Positions 24,741 through 50,912 of a stretch of 64,000 bases of DNA are shown here, one piece after another; position 1 is the first letter of the stretch; every line of letters begins with the position of its first letter. This stretch comes from Mytilus trossulus (taxonomy: Eukaryota). The position numbers and the translations under genes were made by a program. The DNA lies in the NCBI RefSeq assembly GCF_036588685.1, contig NC_086379.1, forward strand, positions 62,062,001 to 62,126,000. Direction: 5' to 3'. The notes beneath the pieces were generated by a model, which saw nothing but the letters and a program-made list of their open reading frames with translations, made no database searches and was not told where the DNA came from.

Positions 24741-27225
24741 ATGAACATGAAACTGATCTTACTGGTATTTACTGTGAATATTTCTTATTGTTTAGTAACC
24801 TGCGAACAAATCACATTAAGAACAAAACTTGGGAATATAACTGGTGTAGAAAGAAATATATCAGATAACAAACTTTTGGAATTCCGCAAAATTCCATATG
24901 CCAAAGCTCCAGTGGGTGATTTGCGATTTGAAAAACCAGTGCCTTATGGGTCGTGGACAAGCCCATTAGACGCAACCACATATAGCCCATCTTGTTATCA
25001 GGAATTACCGGAAAACGTGAAGAATGTTTTGGCAAACAAAATCGTAACTGAAGATTGTTTATTCCTCAACATTTATGTTCCCTTTACAGTTACTCCCAAG
25101 ACCCCCAAATCTGTGATGGTGTGGATTCATGGAGGAGGATACTCTACTGGACAGGCGGCTCTATATGACCCTGGACGGTTTGCTACAACTGGAGATGTAA
25201 TTGTTGTTACTATAAACTATCGCCTAAACGTGTTTGGATTTTTAAGTACTACCGATTTGAATGGGAACTACGGAATATGGGATCAGATATTAGCAATTCA
25301 GTGGGTTAAAAACAATATTGATTCCTTTGGTGGTAATAGCGATTCTATTACAATTTTTGGCGAGTCCGCAGGAGCATTCAGTGTTGGACTCTTATCGATC
25401 GCTCCAAGAAATGACGGATTATTTAAAAGAGCCATAATGCAAAGTGGTGTAGCCATCTCCCCCTACTCTATGGGCAAAAAAGCCAACTCTTCCCTAGTTT
25501 CGCAATTTTTAAATTGTACACATAATGATGAGAACTTAGTCAGCTGTTTGAAGAAGAAAACTTCGCCTGAACTGTATGAAGGATTGCTGAAGTCTAAATT
25601 TGCACAGCAAGCTCTTTTAGAAATCCAATTTGCTCCCGTTGTCGACGGAGAACTGTTTCTTGACAACCCACTTAAGCTTTTAAATGATGTTGATTCTCCA
25701 GCATCTCAGTTTTATAGGTCATTAGATGTCATAATAGGAACAACAAGTGGCGAGTCATCCCTTTTTGTTTTTACGCTTCAAAAACTTCAGATACTATTTC
25801 AATTCAATGTATCAGACGGAATTCCGAAACGTGTTCTTACAAACTTTCTTGCACCACAAATCGCTAATGCATACTTCAATGGCAACCCTAGAGTCATCGC
25901 TGCTATTATTAAGCAATATGGTCAATCAAATGATAGAATGAGACAAACCTTTGATATTCTTGATCTGTATACAGATTTGCTGTTTTTTGTACCGGCTGTA
26001 CATTCTTTGCTGTTACATGATCCAAACAATGCAAAGAAAAGTCGCCAGTTTCAGTATGTTTTCCATGGCCTACCATCGTTTCCTTTGTTTGGACCACTCC
26101 CACCTTGGTTCAACAGGTCTGAACATGCAGCTGACACTACGTATCAATTTGGCAATAGCTTTGTGTCTCTCCCAACTCTTGACACTGACCTATCAAACAA
26201 ATTCATTAAATACTGGGCAAACTTTGCAAAAACTGGGTAAGTTCTTTATGTTGAAGTTTGTATAAATTGTGCATGTTCATGTACAGATTTATGATTAAGT
26301 ATATATTTATTACGCATGTACATTTACAGTACATTTAGTAATGGCTCTTTAAATTCAACATGAAATAATATTGAAAAATATGTCCATATCAATTATCATC
26401 CTATATAAATATGCTATGGGATAATTTCCAACGGGAAAACTCTTCACAAGAGACCAAATGACAAAGAAATTAACATGCAACAAAATGTCACTATACGACC
26501 TTCAACAATGATCAAAGCACAAAATATCACATAGTTAAGTTTGCATATGTTGTCTACTTTATTTTATACAGAACAAGTTTTTTTTTATTATATCATATTT
26601 TGATATCAAATGTATATGAGGAATTGTATATTGTATTTAGATATTACCAACATGTCTGTCACTCGTTAAAACAACATACCAATAGTGTTAATACTAGTCA
26701 TCATTCCACTTAAATTTGTAAGAAATTTGGAAATACAGTCCAAAAGCTTTAGCTATTGGCAAGGTGTTTAAAATCAGACTCAGAAGAGATAAAAGAAGGA
26801 ACAAAAACTTAGAGACTGACAGTATTTGACAAAACCCCAAAAACCTCGAAATCTGTAATCATTTTTCCACTTATATTTCATGAATAAATATATACAAACA
26901 AGAATAATCATTACAAGCAGGTAACAAAAACATGTTGTGCCCTTAATCGGTTGAAGTTTTGATTATTCTTTTTTATTTCAGAGATGTAAATGACGCAGAC
27001 CTGCCAATGTGGAAAGAGCATGATGCCGTTCAAGCACATTACATTAATTTAGATGTCAATATTACTACAGGTCAGCATTTGTTCCAGGATCGTGTTCAAT
27101 TTTGGTTAAATGATATCCAGCAATTTCAGAACCCAACATCGAGTGGAACGTGTCTAAGGCAAATTACCATTGGATGGCTTATATTTGTTTCATTCATGTT
27201 TAGTCCTGTATTTTTCTACCATTAA
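24741..27225 (+). CDS. Type-B carboxylesterase (cholinesterase-like alpha/beta hydrolase), 579 aa, signal peptide and probable GPI anchor
   Basis: Exons 24741-26236 and 26982-27225 (phase 2, GT-AG). Motifs: EDCLFLNI, WIHGGG oxyanion loop, NYRL, NYGIWDQ, FGESAG nucleophile elbow, GTTSGE acid, SEHAAD His, YWANFAKTG; hydrophobic N- and C-termini. A tttcag acceptor just before the ATG implies a 5'UTR intron. Confidence 0.95.
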
Positions 27226-30200
27226 TAATAAGAAGTTATGATTAGTTTGGCATTTATTATTCACTGAAGCATCATGTTTTATTTACCTTACGTTACAATA
27301 ATAGCATAGAGTTTTATGTTATAAGGACCGGTAGTTCGATCAAACTCTTCAAAATAATGTAGTGATTGGTACATATTTGAACTTACACAAAGACAGCAAG
27401 TACAAGCGAATTACTCGGTGTTCCCAACAAGAAGGAGTTACCACGACAAAGACGACTAGGAAGATGAAGAAATCTTAACGATGCATTGCGCATTCATTTA
27501 CCTCCCTTTAGTTGAATATATTGTATGTTTAATCAAATTTATATTACTATATAAATATATCAAATAAATACAGGTTCGTTTTGTTGCGATGTTCGTTGGA
27601 AAACTTGATTGTTTTTCATATCTACTGACGAAAACAGAAAAAATCTTAGTTTAGTTTAAACATATTTATTTATAGTGGATTGGGAAAGAAGTTTTGCAAC
27701 TTATATTAATCTCTTTCCACTTTGCGGGTGCGAGTGCTGCCTTGTAGCGGCATTAGCCTACTCTTTTTCGAAATCTACAAGGGTGTCTTTACCGTGCAAG
27801 AGATATGGCTCTCTCTTTACACGGGTCAGCTATTTATCGTCCCCTTCCGACGAACTATCATCGTTTCCTCAAGACCACACTCGCAAATGGTGTCAAGGCA
27901 GAGCCAAAAATTGAGTTTCTGAAATTTTCATCCCGAAATTTTCATTAAGAAAAATCTTAAATCAATTCGAATCAACCGGTCGACGAATATGTTTGGAAAT
28001 AATTCTTATCTATGCTTTCCCCCAGAAAATTCTAATCATTTTGGTTATTCCGGTTATAGCTCTTCAATTGTTACGGTTAATATACAACTTTGCCTTTGAA
28101 ATATTATGCTTTGAACGTTACTTTGAGTATGAGTTTAATCCAGAATGAAAAGTGCTACAGACGTATGTTATTTATAACGAGTTGCTTCATTTTTTTTACT
28201 AATTAAAATTACTTCAATTTCAATATTTTAATTTCTCCCCGGTTCTGATATGTTGGGCATCAAGGTGTGATTTACGCAATGCAGCCTTCTGTTACCTCTA
28301 CCTCGTCTTCCTGTTTCAAATTATCTTCCCTTCTTTATGACATTTTGTACAAATCCAAGTATTTTCCTCAACGTCAGTAATTTCGAAAGACGGTATTATG
28401 TTTTTTACATTGTTTATCTGTCTAACAAAGTTCAAGTTAACAAGTGTTACCTCAAATTCCATTGGTAGAGGATACATCTGTGTGAAAAAAGGCACACAAC
28501 AAACACACATAATATATGCTAGTACTTCGAGGCGGTAAAACATATTCTTTTTTTTTATATTTATTTCCACTAAAGTGACCTCGGGTTTTATCTACTACAA
28601 CTGTAAAATTTCGAAAGGACTGAAAATATTGATCCAATTTAATGACCGATAAATATGGACAACTAATCATGAAATAAAGAAAACACCTATATATCAAGCA
28701 TTTAAGTTTGAGAATCAATATATGATACTCTAGATTAAGGACCAAAGATTTCAAGAGACATTGGAATCACTACACACATTCTCAGATCTGAATTGGCAAT
28801 GGCTTGTTTTTTGTTAGATGAAAATCGAGTGACATTACAGATTTCTGCTATCAATAACCAGAGTTACACGAAGAAATTGTAACAGAAGCCTGCAGTTAAG
28901 TGTTTGAAAATAACTCTTTGCGCTAACAAACAAAATAAGTCGACAGTAGCCGTTTACCGCTGTTCAAATCTCCACAGTCTTAGCGTCTCCTGATGTGCAT
29001 GCGTCACCCTCCATTCGTATTCACACTCAGTAAAATTTTACAATCGGGAATAAGACACAATCGGTTACATTACATATCTAACGACTTTACAGGTATTAAA
29101 GACATATGGGGCAATATGCGTAAAAGATTCAACATAGGCGGTTATGTTAACGTTTTCTTCTGTTGCTCAGGCCATATCGTAAACTTGGATATGTATGATA
29201 GCTCATTTTGAAGCTGAGACAATTGCACATATGTGTGCGAAATCGGGTGGCAAGTGTGATTCGGTTTCCCGTCAAGTGCCCAACCTCGAAAGATAGTAAA
29301 AAATGTCATTCTCCACAGGGAATAATCCCAAAATTCTGACCATATAAATCATAAAAAAATATGTCCTTTTTAATTTTTTGTTCAGGTTTATTTTTGTATA
29401 CTTTTTTTCACATCACATCAGATCTAGAAAACACACGTTCTAGTTCATTTATGTCAATTTTTATAATCACAGCTCCCACATATGTATGGCGGACTATTTT
29501 TTTAATGACAGTCAAAAATCTGTGTTCCTCATCTCAAGGTCCTTTAGGGATATTGTCCCATATGACTGTGCATACATCACTTGTGAGTTGACAAATATTA
29601 TCAGTTAACCAATTCGTGATGGTGACCGTAAAACTTATGAAGTGTTGATTTCAGTCGTTTTTCCTTATTTCTCTGTAGTAGCAGGGTTTTTGATAAGGAA
29701 TGTCACCAGTAATGAAGTCTTTTAAACGGTACTGAGATATGCAAATGTCATACGATGAGAATATGTAACTATTAATGGAAAGTTGAAATCATCATGTTTG
29801 TCATAGGCTCTACTTTGAAGTTGTCCATCTGTTTCAATATCGAGGAAAACTATCAAAATTTGAAGCAGGTAGTTTTCTTAATTAAAAGAATACAGAATAT
29901 ATAAAATACGAGAAAACGGATATCACAGCAAAACTGTCCTCCCCTTTTCTGTTTTGTTTCTTTAATGAATCCACATGAACTAGTGGGAAAATGTCATGGA
30001 AACAACGAAATGAATTTTTTAGCCCAACAGGCAAGGAGTATGAAGATAAACCGAAAGCGTTGAAAAAAATCTTCAATATGAAAACTACTGATATCAGAGA
30101 ACTATATAATGCTCATCACGTTGTAATTTTTGCCAAATTTGAGAAAATGAAATACTAACAAAAACCAAAATGAAAGTGATGATATTTTTTTTAATGATGG

Positions 30201-30511
30201 CAATCAATAACATGTGAAACAATCAATAAATCAATACATATTTAAACAATTCACAATCACAAATTATTCTAAAACAGGACTTACATTTTCTTATTATTCA
30301 TATTCGATATTTCTCTATATTAAAATACACTGGGGTACAGCTGATGACTGTAATTCGATTCACGGTCATCCCAAGATGGCGGATAAAAAATTAGATCACC
30401 AGCTTTACCCAGTGAAAATAAGCCTCGTTTGGGATCAATACTATCATCGGTACCAATGTTAGCATAATTGACCTGAGATGAATCTATCTATTTTATAAGG
30501 TATTTTCATAC

Positions 30512-31610
30512 ATGTCCAAGACCAAACAAGATGTCGATATCGAATCGCACCATGACAAAACATACTATCAATATCGACAATTTCGGTATGATATTGACGA
30601 ATGAACATACTGTCGACATCGTCGATATCGACAATAACAACACGATATCGAATCGATTTCGAACATTTCTGACTGAAAATGTTTATGAACAAACAAGACG
30701 TCGATATCGTCGATATCGACAATAGCGATACGATATCGATTCGATATCGACATAGAAAATTTTAAATCTCTCCCCGATGATATATGGTATATGGATATAC
30801 ATTAAAGGAGAAAAAAACATAATCTTAAAAGAAGTGTTGACAACCAAAGACTATCTTAAAAGAAGGGCAAACAGAGGACAAAAGACAAACCCGGTAACAA
30901 ATAAGACATACAAGGACAAACAACAACATTTGACATTAAAACTAAAAACGAATGAAAAACGCAGACCCCGAAATACTTGGGCGACCATACCATAAATTCT
31001 TAATGCGTTAACATCTATGTATGGATGAATGTCAAGTTAAGATATTTTACATGATCTCTTAAATGCATCGCTAACATAGACAAAAATCGTATGTAAACTG
31101 GATTTAAAAAGAAAATTTACGGATCAACTCCAACCGGAGGAAAAAAAAGTATAAACGCACATAGTCCCCCCTTCTAATGATACAATCAATAATCAAATTA
31201 CCCTCATACGTTGTCAAATAAAGATCTTCATAGTGTTAAATATCTTATACAATGTAGTTTTGTTACTTAATAATCAACATAGAAATTTACATAAAACAAC
31301 ATCATAGACAAAATGTCTATTGTGTCAAATGGTCAATTTATTTTAAAATATTTCAAACTTTGCTCGTGTAGCGTTTTCTTATCATATTATCTTCATTGTA
31401 TATATCACATATTGAATCGACAACCAAGACAGAGGTTTCAGGCCGTTGTTCAAGCTATGGAATGTTTGTCGATATCGACAACCAAGAAAGAGGTTTCAGG
31501 CCGTTGTTCAAGTTATGGGATGTTTGTCGATATCGATTCGATATCGTCGATAACAACATACATACGAAAAGTCGTGTATCGATATCGAATAAACATCGTG
31601 TCTTGGACAT
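30512..31610. mobile_element. Probable TIR element remnant with TCGATATCGA-rich subterminal arms
   Basis: Inverted 11-mer ATGTCCAAGAC (30512) / GTCTTGGACAT (31600); both arms (30530-30755 and 31415-31600) are packed with GATATC/ATCGAT palindromes; ~57-bp tandem duplication at 31416-31535. Confidence 0.55.
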
Positions 31611-32330
31611 ACCTCGGTATTTTTTGTCATATAGCATTTCAATTGTATGGGTTAAATAAATCCTGGGCTTTTAAGTATTTGGCTTGAAGAGTTCTCGTTG
31701 AAGGTAAATACAACAAAGCGCTTCGGACGCATGAACTTTATACATCGTGTTTTTTTCCTTTTTTTTATTACTCCTGATGCGTATTCCGACAATACAGTTT
31801 CTTTAGTGATGCCAAAGGACGAACATTTTAAAGTTCTAAACGTTTTAAAAACAAAAATGAACAGCTTATCAAACAAAAAGAGAAACCGTATAATACAAGC
31901 CAAGGAAAGAGATTAAGACACTTGAGTTATCTCTCATTAAATACAATTAAATGAACTTTTTCAAAATACAAAATGAAAAATATCTAGTAATACAACAAGA
32001 TTGAAATAATTTATTGATGTTCATTATCATAAAACAAGAGGAAACAAGCCATAGTACTTTTTTTGTCATATCAGTTCCACGTTGATGCAGCTTTTTCGGC
32101 CTGTACGAACATAAAACGCCTTGCAAGTACTACACGTTTGTTTTTAATTTTTGAGATATATTTATTAAAAAATCGACAATATTAAGACACTGTTTTTTCA
32201 AATTGAAATTGCACAGTTTATCAGCCTTCTCACATTTGCATCATTTAACAGTACGATCATGACTTGTATGGAGAGCTGTCTCACAGGCACTCATACCACA
32301 TCTTCTTATATCTATGATCTGTACATTTAT

Positions 32331-32539
32331 GAGGGTTTGGATGGGGTTAAATGATTAAAGAATAATGCCCTTAAAAATGAAGATTAGAGAATAATGAGCC
32401 AAAAAATAGAAGATTAGAGAATAAAAGGGTTAATTTTTGGAAGATTAGAGAAAAAAGGGGTTATTTTTTTAAAGATTAGAGAAAAATGGGGTGAAAATTA
32501 AATGTTTACAGAATAACAGACCCCCCCATCCATACCCTC
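32331..32539. mobile_element. MITE with internal gaagattagaga tandem repeats
   Basis: TIR GAGGGTTTGGATGGGG / CCCCATCCATACCCTC; flanking ATTTAT duplication (or TTTA if the termini are TG..CA). Confidence 0.75.
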
Positions 32540-32937
32540 ATTTATTAAAAGTGCTAGATAAGATGATAATGCACAATTCTGTTTATGTTTCAATTTTCAA
32601 AAAGTACCTTTGTGATCTTCGCATTTGTCAACTCGAGACGTCCTGCTGTGGCAAAATGCTATTACGTGTTCAGTAATAAAATGAGAACCGATTTTGTATC
32701 ATACTCGATATTTATGTAATGTTAACTACAAATTCACATTTGAACTAGTTTGCATAATAATTGATGTCAACCATTGTTTATGAATAATCATTAGAGATCA
32801 TCAAATGTTATGTTGCGTTGATTGCGTCTTATGCGTTTGCCATGAAACTTTGATTTTTATCAGCAATATGCCCTGCCAATAGAGGAAACTGTAGATAAAC
32901 TCATTTGTCCAATTCTGTTGTATTAGTTCTTATCCGT

Positions 32938-48365
<15,428 letters not shown>

Positions 48366-48437
48366 TCTAGTTCTCCGGATGTAAAGAAAAGTATTAAACA
48401 GGATATATTATCTTACAGTGAAATACATACTATTAAA

Positions 48438-48469
<32 letters not shown>

Positions 48470-48471
<2 letters not shown>

Positions 48472-49504
48472 TAAGTACGTCTGAGTCAGTGACAACCCTA
48501 CAACAGATGTATCCATCGGATCGCCATCAATGATGGTGATACATGGCTGTGTACATAATGTATATACAACTCGTCTAAACATCAACCCAACAATGTTAGA
48601 TCTGTAAATTTGCTTTCGCAAATTTTTGGTTCTTCCCTCGCCGGGATTCGAACCCATGCTTCTGTGATATCGTGACACCAAATCGCCTGCACTGCAGCCG
48701 TCCCGCTAGACCACACGACCACCTGGGCTCTCAAAAAAAGAGCTTTCGGTGGCCATATGTTACCTTTCCACGTCAGTTTTAATCTAGCGGCGTACTACAG
48801 TACATGATATATAAGGCATGAAGATGTTATTGTTACAGATCAGCTAAATTATCTATAGTAAAGGATCCTACAAATTAATGTAAGATACAGTCACAGAAAA
48901 TAACGTCGTGTGGTCTAGCGGGACGGCTGCAGTGCAGGCGATTTGGTGTCACGATATCACAGAAGCATGGGTTCGAATCCCGGCGAGGGAAGAACCAAAA
49001 ATTTGCGAAAGCAAATTTACAGATCTAACATTGTTGGGTTGATGTTTAGACGAGTTGTATATACATTATGTACACAGCCATGTATCACCATCATTGATGG
49101 CGATCCGATGGATACATCTGTTGTAGGGTTGTCACTGACTCAGACGTACTTATGAATATAATTATTTTCTGTGACTGTATCTTACATTAATTTGTAGGAT
49201 CCTTTACTATAGATAATTTAGCTGATCTGTAACAATAACATCTTCATGCCTTATATATCATGTACTGTAGTACGCCGCTAGATTAAAACTGACGTGGAAA
49301 GGTAACATATGGCCACCGAAAGCTCTTTTTTTGAGAGCCCAGGTGGTCGTGTGGTCTAGCGGGACGGCTGCAGTGCAGGCGATTTGGTGTCACGATATCA
49401 CAGAAGCATGGGTTCGAATCCCGGCGAGGGAAGAACCAAAAATTTGCGAAAGCAAATTTACAGATCTAACATTGTTGGGTTGATGTTTAGACGAGTTGTA
49501 TATA
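48470..49504. mobile_element. Composite insertion of a 441-bp tRNA-headed (Pol III) unit in (TA)n: one minus copy plus 1.36 permuted plus copies
   Basis: 48470-48719 = reverse complement of 48905-49154; 48720-48903 = reverse complement of 49162-49345; 48905-49063 is repeated at 49346-49504 (period 441). A box TGGTCGTGTGG at 49344-49354, B box GGTTCGAATCC at 49411-49421; (AT)n on both sides. Confidence 0.88.
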
Positions 49505-49851
49505 TATGCATATATATATAAGCTCATCCTTTATATTAAACACTGCCTCCAATCATATTTAGACCAATAGTTTTCTACGTCTTTATTTTATTATGATCCA
49601 AAAATTCACGTGTTTAAAGAAAGGTAAGAAGTGAAATTTTAGCTTCCTGTTATATAATTGTTGGTTTTTATTTTTGTTGTGAAATTAAACTACATGTATT
49701 TTAACAATGCGCTTTACCCATATTAAATGTTGTTAATATTTTTCTTATTTTACCTGATTCAAAAATTGATATTTTACTTGTATAATTACGTTATCACTGA
49801 AAACTAGTTCTATGAAAAGGATAATGTTATGTGTGTGACATGCATTTAAGA

Positions 49852-50002
49852 ATTGAATTCTTCTTTTTGTAAATTAATTGTTGTGTAAAAGCGTTGAACG
49901 AAGTACATTTTGTATGAAGCGCTTATGTGCTCTATTCTAAAATTGTGCGCACCGTCAACGCTTTTATAACCCTATATATAATTACTTAAAATAGTATTCA
50001 AT
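49852..50002. mobile_element. Degenerate palindromic MITE
   Basis: Inverted arms attgaat...taaaagcgttga / tcaacgctttta...attcaat. Confidence 0.55.
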
Positions 50003-50912
50003 AATTTTAGTTACATTTTTTTGCTAGGATCACCAAAACAAGATTTTAATCACGTTTTTTTCTTTTATTTACCTTTTCAATTTATTGTGGAAGCTCGTGT
50101 CACATGTATCATGAACTTTACATTTTCAGTTTCATTTTAAATTGAAGGTAAATTTAAGAATGACGCGATATTGCTGTGTTATTTGATACTGACAAGATTA
50201 ACCATTCTGTCTAACTAAATGAAATGCCAAAACCAATTTTAAAGTATATTTCCATTTCTACAGAAAGAAATATTCCAGGATGATTATCCTTAAACACAAA
50301 TATAAAGTAATTCTGCAAAATATTGACGGTTCCAAGAACTAGAAGTAGCTTTTGTAAAAATGCAGAAATATAAAATTTAAAAAAAATCTATTCAGAAAAT
50401 AGATTGCAAATGCACCAAGCTTTTTACTTTTTTTATCCAAATTGCATGGACCGCAAAACTAAAACAAGTACACGCACACCATAACAGTTAGCTACATATG
50501 CACACTTTAAGTGGAAATTATGTCTAGTTGTAGGGTTTCTTTATATTGAATATTAGTATGCACTTTTTCCCCTATATGTTCATTTTCTAAACATTTTGTC
50601 TAATCCTAGATACACACAGGGAGACATCTAGATAGACATGCTTAGAAAGATAACCTTTCATAGATTCACAAATTCAATTTTGAACTTTAAAAGTATGTGT
50701 AGAAACCTAATCAAGAACAGTTAGAAGAATTACATTCTTATGTTTACAGTAATGTTGTTTGAGACCGTTAACTTATATGCTCAAGACTGACTTTGTAAAG
50801 GAGGCCTATTTATCAATTAAAGATTTGAATATAAGAAGAGCTATATGTAAAATGAGAAAAGTACTCATGATCTTAGAATTGAGAATTTTAAGATAGATAT
50901 TGTAAAAATTAC

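Noticed and set aside
30459-30753. Overlapping ORFs on both strands
   Set aside because: They arise from stop-poor palindromic TCGATATCGA repeats.
48433-49155. Identical 70-82-aa ORFs (MVSRYHRSMG...) on both strands
   Set aside because: By-product of the inverted duplication; non-ATG starts and no recognisable domain.
49337-49432. Functional tRNA gene
   Set aside because: A and B boxes are present, but the acceptor stem and T stem pair only partly, there is no clean anticodon arm, and the sequence is embedded in a repeated unit.
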